DNA of 64,000 nucleotides from Laetmonice hystrix (lineage: Eukaryota). A program made the position numbers and the translations under genes. Where the stretch lies: the NCBI GenBank assembly GCA_965235115.1, contig OZ249442.1, forward strand, positions 11,160,001-11,224,000. Reading direction: 5' to 3'. Positions 33,379 to 47,556 of the stretch are shown here, one piece after another. The notes below the pieces were generated by a model. The model saw only the letters and a program-made list of their open reading frames with translations. It searched no databases and was not told the origin of the DNA. Each line of letters opens with the position of its first letter. The stretch's first letter is position 1.

Positions 33379-34062
33379 GATACGCGGTGTTTTGGACAAG
33401 AGTCTCTGGGACGTTGAAAACGTGCAGGGCTCCTGATCGCTCTGGCCCGAAGCCAATCTCTAGACCTCACGTCCTCCAACCCATCATCAATACAGACCAC
33501 GAACATGCGAACATAAGGTTCCCTTTAAGCATTGAAAAACCGGGCCTGTCGGTATTAGTTGAACAGGGGTGCATGGATACCTACCAAGACTCTCGCTGCC
33601 AGGTGTTCTCACCTGAAACAAAGTTTCTTACGAGCTTTGCATGGTTTATTACCCCCTTATGAACTGTGGGGCATCAGATTTCTAAATTTTATTCATTGCA
33701 CTCCTTTACCTGGTATTATTATTACCTTATTTCATATCGTTTCCGTATGCACTATACATGTTTATTCATCTAACCGTAATCGAGATGGTACTGTTCACTA
33801 AACTGCTTCATAATTAGTCATGTATTAATTATATTATTCTGGTTATACATACTGACTTAATTATCAATAAACCGTCCATGTTATGATGTGTAAAAAGCCT
33901 TGTATGAATGTAGACCTAAATACATGTGCTCACATAGGGGCCTACATACATAGAAGTGTAAAGATATCTAGCCTGTTTGCTCCCCCGTCGGATCTTTGGA
34001 TTTACAAATTAGCCAAAGTTTTGTTAACATGTCAATATACAGAGTTGTCATGTGGCCGGGCA

Positions 34063-34405
34063 GTCTCTCAGAGAGTGCATGGACACACATATTGTCTCTC
34101 AGCGAGTGCATGGACACACATATTGTCTCTCAGAGAGTGCATGGACACACATATTGTCTCTCAGAGAGTGCATGGACACACATATTGTCTCTCAGAGAGT
34201 GCATGGACACACATATTGTCTCTCAGAGAGTGCATGGACACACATATTGTCTCTCAGAGAGTGCATGGACACACATATTGTCTCTCAGAGAGTGCATGGA
34301 CACACATATTGTCTCTCAGAGAGTGCATGGACACACATATTGTCTCTCAGAGAGTGCATGGACACACATATTGTCTCTCAGAGAGTGCATGGACACACAT
34401 ATTGT
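34063..34405. repeat. 31-bp tandem repeat, 11 nearly identical copies
   Basis: Unit gtctctcagagagtgcatggacacacatatt. Confidence 0.97.
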
Positions 34406-35275
34406 GTGTGTGCCTCGCGTCGCGTGGGGTGTGACCTGTTGAAAGACGAATCATACCGAACAAATGGCACACGCATTGATTTATAGCAATAGAACAATTC
34501 AGGTTTGATTTATGTTGTCTGTGTGTAAAGGTATCACTGCCTTTGTTATAAATACATATGTCATTGAACTGTTCAGTTGGTGCATGTAAATGCTTACGCC
34601 ACAAGTGCTATAGTATATAGCCTTCTTAGACGCGCACACAAGTCGGTGTCATATTTCAATGTGTGCCATTCGTACTCAGTGACCTTTCACGTCAGCCTTT
34701 GAGTCTTTCTCCGAAATGTTCAGTATGACAATTTTATTTTAGACTCTCTGATGGTCATGTTGTCCTTAGTGGCACTTTTTGTGCTTACAATGATGGAATC
34801 TCAGGCAAACTGTGCCTATATATGGGAGGCGGAGTGTTTGAATAGATGGCCTGCAGTACCGTGATCCGACCACAAAATGATCTACTTCTAAAAGTGGGAG
34901 ATTCCAACAGGGTGGGGAAGGCATCGAGGGCAATACAAGGACAGGGTGGGTGGGGTGGGTGGGTGGGGTGGGGTGGGGGGACAGGGGGACAGAGGACAAG
35001 GAAATGAAGGTCAAAGGGAAGGAGGCGATAAATGGGGATATTGAGGGGGAGGAGAGTCGACACATTACACAATGTTCCATAGAGTCAGACCTGGTTGATC
35101 CGAGCACCTTAAAGTATATATGGATTACTGAATCATTTAACGAAGGGTGTAACAGGTTATCGGGAACTGGGTACAGATTGCGAGGTGTATGGATTACGGA
35201 TTAAAACCACGTTGTTTCCAACCTCAGTAAAGTTAGACTTCGGGTCGTGGAATAGGAACCTATAGGCCTAGTTAA

Positions 35276-35861
35276 AGGGATCGTCTCACTCGCCGGATTG
35301 ACCGGAATCTTCAGATTTATACATACCTCCTCACCACTGACGTACTTTAGGGCACTGAATGTGTTTCATTCTGTTAACACATGCTGTAGACAGCTGTGAA
35401 GTTATCCCTGATGGTGGAAAAAATGATAAAAACTAGCCCGAGTGCACATAAACACGATGAATGCCTCCATTTTGACATGTCACCATTTGTTTGAACGTTG
35501 TGTTGCTGTGGTGTAGAGCATACCTTCGGTAACAGTCCGCAACAAATGTAGTTCCAGAATTTGTGAAAAAAAAACCATCTATATTGCAAATACTGACAGA
35601 AGAGTTTCTAATTTGCACAGACCATAATGTACATAGCCGTGTGCGTAGGAATATGAAAAACAACACCCAAGGTCTCGGAAGCTAAGTAGGTCATTTTCAG
35701 TGACAGAAATCAGATTTCTTTAGAATTTATTTTACATAATACATGTACCCGCCAAGACCACATAGAAAGATAGGGGAATTTTGGTCATATCGGAGAACCG
35801 CAATGCGGACATATTTTATGTGAAACGCCACGTATGACTTAAAATTCGTGAGATATTTCCT
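35276..35861 (-). mobile_element. Kolobok-like non-autonomous element, 586 bp, TTAA TSD; same family as 46835-47248 in opposite orientation
   Basis: TTAA at 35272-35275 and 35862-35865; right end reverse complement aggaaatatctcacgaattt matches aggtaatatgtcacgaattt at 46835; shared internal block gctagtttt...ttcacagctgtctac. Confidence 0.72.
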
Positions 35862-38156
35862 TTAACATATTAGTTGAAGGCCTGTCTACTTTTACGGAGA
35901 AGTGGTTTGACGTCTCAACATATTTTCGAACCCCCTGCATATTAAAAAGGATCACGGTGATTTCCAAGAGAAATCGTTGAACTAAAAGCTACCTAAAAAA
36001 ACCGCAGGGCATACTGAATATCGGCGTGTCAAAATCAAACAAAATGAACTACGTTAAGGGCGATTATCAAATAGTCTAAAATAAAAAGTGCCAAGATAGA
36101 TGTAAGTTTAGCGGGTTAAAACGCGTGCTGTACGTGCTAGAGTTTGGCAAGCTCACAGTACTCCAATGAAAGGTGCCGGACTTGCCACCGGCAAGCTAAT
36201 GACTTGGACTCAGTGTGTATCCAATCATTAAGTATAGATACATTAAATAAATGCCCAATCATTAAGTATAGATACGTACCAACGTCCAAACTCATGCAGT
36301 ACTGCACGTCACTGGCCTTGAGAAAAAAAACCAGCTCATTATTACGGCAGCCAGTTTGGCTCGTGGCGAAAACCGGAGTTATCGAATAGAACTGCCGACC
36401 CGTGGCAAGTAACAGACAAGCTTTGTCATACAGAACAAATAACCCATAATTATATTTGACAGAGTATACCACATATCATATTTTATAACCTTTAACCCTC
36501 TGAATCACTATACGTAGGTGTTTGAGATGAACTTACCCTGGCATCCGACTTGACCTCTCATCTAGTAAAGGTTAACAAGTCACGCTACTAGACTTTAAAA
36601 GGTCTGCACTTGGTTATGATTTGTCCGAGCCAAATTAGTTTGTCTATATCGACGGATAGATAATTACTCCGCATGTTAACGAAATACAAATGGTGCTGGA
36701 CCTTGGAGTTAATCACAAAGCTTTGCTTTCTATACGACTGACATCGTAGGCGTAACCCCCAGAATAACATCAAGATATTAGATATAAATGGTGATTTAAC
36801 GTAGTCATGACGTTCATGGCAATAATGGCAGAGTGCTTGACCCAACGACCTAAGATGTGACGCTCTGTGTACAAACGGTTATCTCAATTATCTTGAGCTA
36901 TATATGGATCTGTTCATAAGAGAGAAACAACCTCCAGATATAGCCAGTACATATTATAACTATATACGTTAGTGGCTACGATTACATGCATACCAAAATA
37001 CTAAACATGGAGACTTTTAGCACGGAAGGAGGAAAAAACTCATTATAGCCTATTATTACAGCCCCCGCATCTATGGCACGACTCTCTAATTATGCAATGA
37101 ACAAATTACTTAGGATTTATGACACGGACATGTAGAACTTTTGAACGACACGAAGATATAAATGGTGGCCGGTCGCTGGCAGTGGTCCCGTTTGACATCG
37201 CCCCCGCACACATAATATATCGGGCTCATCTAACCTGGAGAACGTGGAAACACTGCAGATCACCATATAATGGTGTTTAATTATAGCGAATCAGGGGAGG
37301 CGTACCGAATTTAGACAGGTGTATCAAGTTCAAAATATAATAAGTAGTGCCAGAAACATGTACAAACAAGTCAATGATTCACAGAGTGTATGAATACAGG
37401 GATTTTTTCCTCATTTTTTGTCAACAACAAAAGTACATCAACAAAATGTTTACCTTTCCAATAGCTATGGTTTTTTACTGCTCAACTATAAGAATAATAC
37501 AGATCGTTCAATCTTTATTACGTGAAATCAAAACTTCATGCTTAACGCTAGCAAATATAATCAAATAATGGAATATGTCCCATTCATTCAGAAGGGCACC
37601 ACTAGGAAATATAACTTTTTCTTATGTAGTCCGTACTCCCTAGCTTGTTCTCATTCATGTACATCAGATTCAGACCGTAGTTGACTTGGATATGCCCCCC
37701 CCCCCCCACTGCCTGAGCGAAGGCAGGCCTGCACGACCGAACGATCAACACACCCTACCACCCTGCAGGACTGCAGGAGTAGGGGGAGCTACCCCTACCC
37801 CCCCCCCCCCCCCGACACCCCTCACGAACCTCCCTTCCCTTGGTTTCTAGGAATGTCACTGAACAGTGAGACCGACATGTTATATACGGTTACCGTATTG
37901 TAAACAGTTGTTGTACGGGAATTCCTGGCAACCCCGAATACCGCGCATTAGCAGAATATCATGGTGTGTGCATATTGTGTGTGCTCGTCGGCAGCGCAAA
38001 GCATTTCTCTATACCAACAACAGCCTGTATAATAATATGTAGGTTGTATATGTTTGCCTGTATGCGCATATGTGTACAACACCCTAGCGGAATCAAAGTC
38101 CTTCCCTTTTGATTAGTATGGAAGAATGGGGAGCGCTTTGAATATCCGACTTGCCT

Positions 38157-39024
38157 CTACCTATAGGTTTGTGGTAAATATCGCAGTGACCCTGTAGATT
38201 TGGCTTAGCTTTGATTCTATCTATACCTGATTTCCCTACCTATAGGTTTGTGGTAAATATCTCAGTGACCCTGTAGATTTGGCTTGGCTTTGATTCTATC
38301 TATACCTGATTTCCCTACCTATAGGTTTGTGGTAAATATCTCAGTGACCCTGTAGATTTGGCTTGGCTTTGATTCTATCTATACCTGATTTCCCTACCTA
38401 TAGGTTTGTGGTAAATATCTCAGTGACCCTGTAGATTTGGTTTGGCTTTGATTCTATCTATACCTGATTTCCCTACCTATAGGTTTGTGGTAAATATCTC
38501 AGTGACCCTGTAGATTTGGCTTAGCTTTGATTCTATCTATACCTGATTTCCCTACCTATAGGTTTGTGGTAAATATCGCAGTGACCCTGTAGATTTGACT
38601 TAGCTTTGATTCTATCTATACCTGATTTCCCTACCTATAGGTTTGTGGTAAATATCTCAGTGACCCTGTAGATTTGACTTAGCTTTGATTCTATCTATAC
38701 CTGATTTCCCTACCTATAGGTTTGTGGTAAATATCTCAGTGACCCTGTAGATTTGGCTTGGCTTTGATTCTATCTATACCTGATTTCCCTACCTATAGGT
38801 TTGTGGTAAATATCTCAGTGACCCTGTAGATTTGGCTTAGCTTTGATTCTATCTATACCTGATTTCCCTACCTATAGGTTTGTGGTAAATATCGCAGTGA
38901 CCCTGTAGATTTGACTTAGCTTTGATTCTATCTATACCTGATTTCCCTACCTATAGGGTTGTGGTAAATATCGCAGTGACCCTGTAGATTTGGCTTGGCT
39001 TTGATTCTATCTATACCTGATTTC
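38157..39024. repeat. 79-bp tandem repeat, 11 copies
   Basis: Period 38161->38240; unit ctacctataggtttgtggtaaatatctcagtgaccctgtagatttggcttagctttgattctatctatacctgatttcc. Confidence 0.97.
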
Positions 39025-40387
39025 TGTTCGTGTTGAACTGACAATCAACCACTGGTTGTACATGTAGTGGAGGTTCATTTGTAGCACAAAAAATTGTTGC
39101 CGGAGGTTGACATCTTCAAGATAAAAAAAGGAAGAAAAAATAGAGAAAAGGGGAAAGATCGTTTGGCACTGACTTGGGTGAAAGGGTGGTCCTCTGACAG
39201 GTGTAGCCCAACAACTAGAGGATCAGCCAGGGTTAGCTTAGATCTGTCGTTGAGATGGGAGACCCACGTACGGCGCCTGACCGACTTTTCTCTACTCGTA
39301 GAGTTCCATTGAGATTCCCTGCCGGACAGACCCACAGAGGACCATGACGATAGAGTTTTATGCCATGCGGGCGTAAATGTATATTTCCCCCACCCTATGG
39401 GTCTTAGTCTCATCTGAGTCCTATTGTAAACAAGCAAACCCCGGCAGTGAAAAAAATGTATGCCCTGAGCCCCATTCCAAGCCAGGCCAATAGACAGCTG
39501 TTACAGGGCACCGGGTAAGCACTGGCAGCTGCCATGAGGGTTGTTTTTATTGTTTAAAACAGGTTGTTGGACGTTGCAGTGGTCCCCAACACGTGCGCCT
39601 GGCCTGGTGGAGCTGGTTTACACGCTGCCTAACTCGTGGAAGGCCGGTTCGAGATGCCCAGGAGCAGATAGCCCGCACATTTTGAAGCATGCCGTCTTCA
39701 GATGGTGGTCGTACTTATACCTGGCCGTGCACTGTGAGGGGTCTAACGTGCTGGTTTTCATCCCGAGGTATAGGTTGTCCTTTGTTGAACGTACACGTTA
39801 TAGAGGATCCAGGACGGTGGCTGCTGTGATCATCCCTCCTCAGGGTAGGCGACCCTGTGCCCCACACAGCTCACCTGTATAATGATAGTATGATATGGAG
39901 GTGAAATAACCCGCAATCTGTGACAGCCGGAGGGATACGACGTGATTCTCGGGGAGGATGCTGGATGCACCAAGCCGACATCAGTCCTGCACGTCTGGGA
40001 CAGGTGCGCGCTCAAGTCGTGCCGGCTAGCTCTGACAGCCACGTGTGTTGGCGGACGTTCAGCTCGAGCTATTTGAACGTTGAGTCCTCGGCAAGAGATC
40101 GGGAGGGTGTTGGAGTACCACAAACAGCGGGTAATCTTTTCTTTATTTTGTCAGTCGCCAGCCTTGTGTACACAGAACGGTCGATCGATGTTTATTTGCC
40201 ACATATTGCCTTTCTGACTAGGTTTGGCGAACCCCTCTCGGCACATGCACATGTAGCGAGGCCATCTTATCTATCGCCCCAAACCCTTGTTGTAAAACTG
40301 CCTCCTGTTGGCATTCCAGAACCAAATCTACTTTCTGCTCCTTGACTTAGGTTAGTTGGTCGCTGTTTGACCCGCCCTCTCCCTCTA

Positions 40388-40403
40388 CAGCGCCCCCTCA
40401 CGG
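40388..40403 (-). promoter_or_regulatory. Isolated CTCF-like motif
   Basis: Reverse complement reads CCGTGAGGGGGCGCTG. Confidence 0.35.
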
Positions 40404-42399
40404 CAACCCTTCAATTGATCCACCATCTATTAGAGTCGACGGATTTGTTGCTCCCATATCGTAAAACTTAAATAGGCTATGATATATTTCACTCATAGTT
40501 CCAAGCAGGCTCAGATCATTCCTTTGTCACGTTTTTAATTTGATAATAAACATGGGTCTGAAACCTGTTGTTTCCAAAATACTTGTTCACATTTTGATTC
40601 AACAACACCTCTGCAACCACAGCTATGCAGGGGAAAAGTAGTAGTATTGATACTAACCAGGAAGACGTCTTAAGCGTAATAATTTAAGTTTTGGAAAACC
40701 TGACCCAAGCGTTCCGGTTTTGTTTTTTAAAAGTTTCAATTCAGTATGACGCGCATGTAGAGCGATTTCTAGGCGTAATTTTGTGTGACCTCCCCTGACC
40801 TAAAAACTGGAACATGTTTTTTTTCTGTCATCATTATCCAGCAATTAACCTAAATAATAAAAAAAAACAACGACCGATCATATTTACCTCCGAGGTCCGG
40901 AGAATAAAACGAAAAACATCAACATAACCCGAACGTGCACGCAAACTAAATTCGCCCAGTTATGTGTAGCACCAACAACGTGCACGTTATCTCAAACATA
41001 CGGGGGCATACAGACCCTTTACATATAAAATGGTCACAAAGGGTCACATAATAGTCAAAGTGTCAAAAGTACCAAAACAATGACCGCCCAGCTGACGGAG
41101 GATGTTGAGATATTGTTGTAGACATAGATCTATAAACGTTTTATATACGTTATATATGGAAGCCGGGCGTGGGTTGAATGCCATCATGGCTGCAGATCGC
41201 ACTAAGATAAAGCTGACCTTTAAAAGATAGTTTGAGATACCTACCATGTCAACAATACCAAACCTTTTTATAGAGATGTGAAGACGAGCACGTATTCAGC
41301 GACGTTAAAGAGAAAGTCAACATGAAAAAGAAACACTCAAAGACGAGCCTGCTTCCTTCCATACCATGGAACTACTGACACAAATACGCGGAATGATACA
41401 AATAAATGGGCCAGCAGCTTTACCCCTAGGAATAATAGTTATGCTGCCGCAAGGTTACTGGGTACATACGAGCATACTTTTAGCTCGGAGATGACAGACC
41501 GTAGGGAATGTTGTGCTGGTCGGCAGTGAATACATAGAGTTGTCAGCTCGGCGTCTATGTGAATGTATGTTGGGGTACACTCATGCATTATATAATTGTA
41601 GGTTTTGCCAACGTGTTTATGTTTTCTCCCACATCCACAAAAAATGTTTCATGAGGGTATAGGGGTATAGAATCGTGACTTGGGAAACAGTTGACCGAGA
41701 TAGTTCAAGCCTGAAACCTCAAAACGACCTCTCCAAGAACTAGTTTCAAGCTGGGGTCACACTAAGCCGACCTTCAGAGTCGGACCGATTACGTAGTGGG
41801 GCCGACTCAATCGGCTCGACTCTGAAGATCGGCCCAGTGTGACCCCGGCTTAAGATGGACGCAATATACCCATTCACAGGCTCCACCCTTACCTTTTTCC
41901 TGGTATGGTCATGGTAGCAGACAACTGTTTTTTAAATAATAAAGTGACTTCTGAGATACCTGGTCAGAAAGTAGTTCCTCCGTGTCTAATATTTTGTTTG
42001 TATTGCACGTGATGTTACTGTCACTTTATCGGGAGAACCCCCCCCCCCGGCCCCCCAAGGTATACCGATCAAAGCGACTGAGTACTGATGATTTCTAATT
42101 TCAAAGTTATTTATGGAGACATATTCCTTGTTTACATTCTCAGTCGGATCAGAAGGAGGTAGACAGGTTGTGTGGCGGAGAGAGGGGGGGGGGGTATAGG
42201 GGTAGATTCCCTGATTGCGGGGTGTGGGGTATGGATGGTCATGCTGACTTGGCTGAAAGCGGGAAGCCGCCGTCCGCCCTCTTCTATACCCGACAGGTGT
42301 TACACACTTCACGTGGTGCCTGACATCCTCATGCCCGAATACATGGCATTCCTTCCTCCCCCTGCTGCCTCTCCACGTCCTCCTGACGTTCTCCTCCCT

Positions 42400-45088
42400 G
42401 GGACAAATATCATTCCACCGGAGCATTCCTCCAGTACCTAAAGACAGAGGCACACGGAGACAAGTTCTCCACAGATACCCCACTCGTTTCTCCTCCCTGA
42501 CTTAGGACAAATATCATTCCACCGGAGCATTCCTCCAGTACCTAAAGACAGAGGCACACGGAGACAAGTTCTCCACAGATACCCCACTCGTTTCTCCTCC
42601 CTGACTTAGGACAAATATCATTCCACCGGAGCATTCCTCCAGTACCTAAAGACAGAGGCACACGGAGACAAGTTCTCCACAGATACCCCACTCGTTTCTC
42701 CTCCCTGACTTAGGACAAATATCATTCCACCGGAGCATTCCTCCAGTACCTAAAGACAGAGGCACACGGAGACAAGTTCTCCACAGATACCCCACTCGTT
42801 TCTCCTCCCTGACTTAGGACAAATATCATTCCACCGGAGCATTCCTCCAGTACCTAAAGACAGAGGCACACGGAGACAAGTTCTCCACAGATACCTCACT
42901 CGTTTCTCCTCCCTGACTTAGGACAAATATCATTCCACCGGAGCATTCCTCCAGTACCTAAAGACAGAGGCACACGGAGACAAGTTCTCCACAGATACCC
43001 CACTCGTCTCTCCTCCCTGACTTAGGACAAATATCATTCCACCGGAGCATTCCTCCAGTACCTAAAGACAGAGGCACACGGAGACAAGTTCTCCACAGAT
43101 ACCCCACTCGTCTCTCCTCCCTGACTTAGGACAAATATCATTCCACCGGAGCATTCCTCCAGTACCTAAAGACAGAGGCCCACGGAGACAAGTTCTCCAC
43201 AGATACCCCACTCGTTTCTCCTCCCTGACTTAGGACAAATATCATTCCACCGGAGCATTCCTCCAGTACCTAAAGACAGAGGCACACGGAGACAAGTTCT
43301 CCACAGATACCCCACTCGTTTCTCCTCCCTGACTTAGGACAAATATCATTCCACCGGAGCATTCCTCCAGTACCTAAAGACAGAGGCACACAGAGACAAG
43401 TTCTCCACAGATACCCCACTCGTCTCTCCTCCCTGACTTAGGACAAATATCATTCCACCGGAGCATTCCTCCAGTACCTAAAGACAGAGGCACACGGAGA
43501 CAAGTTCTCCACAGATACCCCACTCGTTTCTCCTCCATGACATAGGACAAATATCATTCCACCGGAGCATTCCTCCAGTACCTAAAGACAGAGGCGCACG
43601 GAGACAAGTTCTCCACAGATACCCCACTCGTTTCCCCTCCCTGACTTAGGACAAATATCATTCCACCGGAGCATTCCTCCAGTACCTAAAGGCAGAGGCA
43701 CACGGAGACAAGTTCTCCACAGATACCCCACTCGTCTCTCCTCCCTGACTTAGGACAAATATCATTCCACCGGAGCATTCCTCCAGTACCTAAAGACAGA
43801 GGCACACGGAGACAAGTTCTCCACAGATACCCCACTCGTCTCTCCTCCCTGACTTAGGACAAATATCATTCCACCGGAGCATTCCTCCAGTACCTAAAGA
43901 CAGAGGCACACGGAGACAAGTTCTCCACAGATACCCCACTCGTTTCTCCTCCCTGACTTAGGACAAATATCATTCCACCGGAGCATTCCTCCAGTACCTA
44001 AAGACAGAGGCACACGGAGAAAAGTTCTCCACAGATACCCCACTCGTCTCTCCTCCCTGACTTAGGACAAATATTATTCCACCGGAGCATTCCTCCAGTA
44101 CCTAAAGACAGAGGCACACGGAGACAAGTTCTCCACAGATACCCCACTCGTTTCTCCTCCCTGACTTAGGACAAATATCATTCCACCGGAGCATTCCTCT
44201 AGTACCTAAAGACAGAGGCACACGGAGACCAGTTCTCCACAGATACCCCACTCGTTTCTCCTCCCTGACTTAGGACAAATATCATTCCACCGGAGCATTC
44301 CTCCAGTACCTAAAGACAGAGGCACACGGAGACAAGTTCTCCACAGATACCCCACTCGTTTCTCCTCCATGACATAGGACAAATATCATTCCACCGGAGC
44401 ATTCCTCCAGTACCTAAAGACAGAGGCACACGGAGACAAGTTCTCCACAGATACCCCACTCGTTTCTCCTCCCTGACTTAGGACAAATATCATTCCACCG
44501 GAGCATTCCTCCAGTACCTAAAGACAGAGGCACACGGAGACAAGTTCTCCACAGATACCCCACTCGTCTCTCCTCCCTGACTTAGGACAAATATCATTCC
44601 ACCGGAGCATTCCTCTAGTACCTAAAGACAGAGGCACACGGAGACAAGTTCTCCACAGATACCCCACTCGTTTCTCCTCCATGACATAGGACAAATATCA
44701 TTCCACCGGAGCATTCCTCCAGTACCTAAAGACAGAGGCACACGGAGACAAGTTCTCCACAGATACCCCACTCGTTTCTCCTCCCTGACTTAGGACAAAT
44801 ATCATTCCACCGGAGCATTCCTCCAGTACCTAAAGACAGAGGCGCACGGAGACAAGTTCTCCACAGATACCCCACTCGTTTCTCCTCCCTGACTTAGGAC
44901 AAATATCATTCCACCGGAGCATTCCTCCAGTACCTAAAGACAGAGGCACACGGAGACAAGTTCTCCACAGATACCCCACTCGTCTCTCCTCCCTGACTTA
45001 GGACAAATACCATTCCACCGGAGCATTCCTCCAGTACCTAAAGACAGAGGCACACGGAGACAAGTTCTCCACAGATACCCCACTCGTT
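42400..45088. repeat. 104-bp tandem repeat, ~26 copies (2.7 kb), highly homogeneous
   Basis: Period 42504->42608; unit aggacaaatatcattccaccggagcattcctccagtacctaaagacagaggcacacggagacaagttctccacagataccccactcgtttctcctccctgactt. Confidence 0.98.
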
Positions 45089-45159
45089 GCAGAACACCAT
45101 ATTGGACCGTCACAAATTGACTCCACCCTCTGAGATCGTCGTATTTACCAAAAGCCAGA

Positions 45160-45319
45160 GCCTGGTTATTTCAAAACTTCAGTTCCTGCTTAAGCTTAAG
45201 CTTAACGCTTCTGATTGGCTGGTTTTTCAGAATAATAATTATTTCCGATAAGCAGATCAGCCAATCAGAAGCGTTCTGCTTAAGCTTAAGCAAAAACTTT
45301 AGTTTTGGAAACCGTGCCC
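45160..45319. mobile_element. Palindromic MITE-like element (Harbinger-like ends, tentative)
   Basis: caaaact...gcttaagcttaa...cgcttctgattggctg mirrored by cagccaatcagaagcgtt...cttaagcttaagc...agttttg; the right end aaaccgtgccc resembles aaaccgggccc of the 31226 MITE. Confidence 0.65.
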
Positions 45320-46834
45320 AGAAGTATGACCTCCTTGTCACATGAATTTGATTTACTGGCATCTCAATGGCATTGTTTGTCAGACGGCTGTCAGCGTGCT
45401 GCTTCCCAGAATTTATCTCTAGCCGGTAGCTGGTGCCTATTACCAGGCATTTGTTGTCAAATTTACACCATGGCGTATAGATGTACAGCTAATCTATACG
45501 CTGTCCTCATAATAAACGTCGATTTATTGTGGGCAGCGATTGATAACTTTAGAGGAAGCGTACGTACGTAGGTGTAAACCTGTTTTCTGGCTAACATTCT
45601 TTCTCCAGCAGCAAGACTGGTTCAAACGTCGCTTGCACTCGTCCGCGGAATGTGTCTGTACTTGATTGCGCCGCCTTGCCAACAGCATGGCTTATACGCC
45701 TTGAGTGACAACATGCTGGAAATACCGGGGCCCCCGGCCACATTTTTCCCCCTCTCTGGATTCCCCGGGGCTATATTACAACTAGGTGAATTGTCTCAAA
45801 GCAAGGAGGGGGTGGCGATTGGGCTACGGAAGGTGCGTGGGGGGGAATCGCGTTTCCTCTCCTGGCAGTATAGGACGATGGGCCGGGTGCCCACTGTACT
45901 GTCAGAACTAACCTATACGGTGCGGAGGGGGGACCTACACTGTCAGAACTAACATATACTTGAGGAGCAGTAGGTAGGACAGTTTCACACTAAAGTCCCA
46001 TAAAAAAAACAACTAAGTTCTTGTCCAAGCTTTTCTGATTGGCTAGTCTAAGCCTAAACTTAAACAGGAACTTTGACAAAACGGGCACTGTGGTGATTCA
46101 ACTCCAGGTCAATGCTTCGTATAAGAATTTCCAAAGCAATGACTTACGTATTGTTGCGGATTTTGGCATCTTTTTTCAGAATATCCTTTAGGGTGGGTGA
46201 TCTATGCATAATGTACACTATTATTTTGGTGAATTGCTATCTAGGCCCTGAAATATAAACCTTTGATATAAAATCCACTGGATTCATTCCGCAAACGTAT
46301 ACCTATCCCTCAGTTTATGTGCGTCACTTCGAACGTCATACTTCTATATGTCCTTCAGGCTGTGCCTGTTGTCGCAAAAGGTCACAAATATTCGACCAGT
46401 CTCTTCATGAAGAGACATCTCCATCCTAATGAGAGGTCACGGGCAAAGGTTGTGGCTACTTTCGCTGACATTAAGTGGCGTTTTATTTCTAGACTATTTT
46501 CCCTATTTTTATACACCGATTTAAGATCGCACCCAGACGGTTATAGAAAACTTTGATTAGTTACCGTGGGGGCGTAAAACATGGTTAATTATTGCTTTGT
46601 ATTGTTTTAATTACTGCTGTGAGTGTACTTCACCGTACATCGACCTAGTCATGTTGCCATCGTGATAAACAAGCTTTCAATACATGTATAATAATACAAA
46701 GTGTCGAGATCTTTCTTTCCCGGAGTACTTTATTGCCATCGTTTTTCATCCAAGATTTTAGGACGTAAAATTTCGGTCAAAGAAAGACTTTAAAGCAAAT
46801 CACGAATATCTAAAAGTAACAAAATCAGCCTTAA

Positions 46835-47248
46835 AGGTAATATGTCACGAATTTCAAATAATACGTCGTGTTTCAGCAAAAATGTGTCTACATTGCGGTT
46901 CGCTGATATTCCCCAAAGGTCCCCTACCTGTTTATGTAGCTTTGGGCCATTATAGTCCCACTGTTTATATCTCGAGTAATCACAGCGAGAGTCACGTGAT
47001 CATGGGACCCGTTCAAACGATTCGCGGCAGCCAAAGGGAGCCAAAATGGCGGGTTCATCGCACTTTGCGGACACTGGAGCTAGTTTTATTCATTTTTCTA
47101 CATTAGGGAGAATTTCACAGCTGTCTACTCGTAGTATGTCTTAACAGAATCAATATGAAAAACAATCAGCGCCATAAAGTACGTCAGTGGTGAGCAGGTA
47201 AGGAGAAAACTGAAGATTTCAGTCGATACCCCCCGTGACATATTTCCT
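46835..47248 (+). mobile_element. Kolobok-like MITE, 414 bp, TTAA TSD
   Basis: ttaa|AGGTAATATGTCACG ... CGTGACATATTTCCT|ttaa (15-bp TIR, 1 mismatch). Confidence 0.85.
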
Positions 47249-47345
47249 TTAATTTAGATAGAGGCATCAGCACCCTAAGAATCACCTGGGTAAGCCAACA
47301 CTTTGCCGACTGAAAAGTTGCCATATTATGCCAACTTATTCAACT

Positions 47346-47556
47346 TGTGCTGAACCCACCAAGGCGATTCCCCTTGCGACGCCCATGCGGTTTTGACATC
47401 ACACTTTTATTTTACTGTAATTTTGAGATTAAAGGATGGAACCCATTTCCTGAAACGGAGAAGGCCAGCCAGGAAAAATTTCAGAGTGAAATTCCACCAT
47501 TAAATCAAAAACCGCATGGCCGTCGCAAGGGGAATCGCCTTGGTGGGTTCAGCACT
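47346..47556. mobile_element. 211-bp MITE with ~50-bp TIRs, copy 2
   Basis: Near-perfect TIRs gtgctgaacccaccaaggcgattccccttgcgacg...; paralog of 22026-22236. Confidence 0.88.

Noticed and set aside
31352-34486. ORFs over the 30-, 35- and 31-bp arrays
   Set aside because: Repeat-derived; 35 and 31 are not multiples of 3 and ORFs appear in several frames.
39541-40345. Decayed coding-like region including ITAATVLDP (hAT LDPR-like)
   Set aside because: A single short motif followed by a stop; no TIRs or other transposase motifs found.
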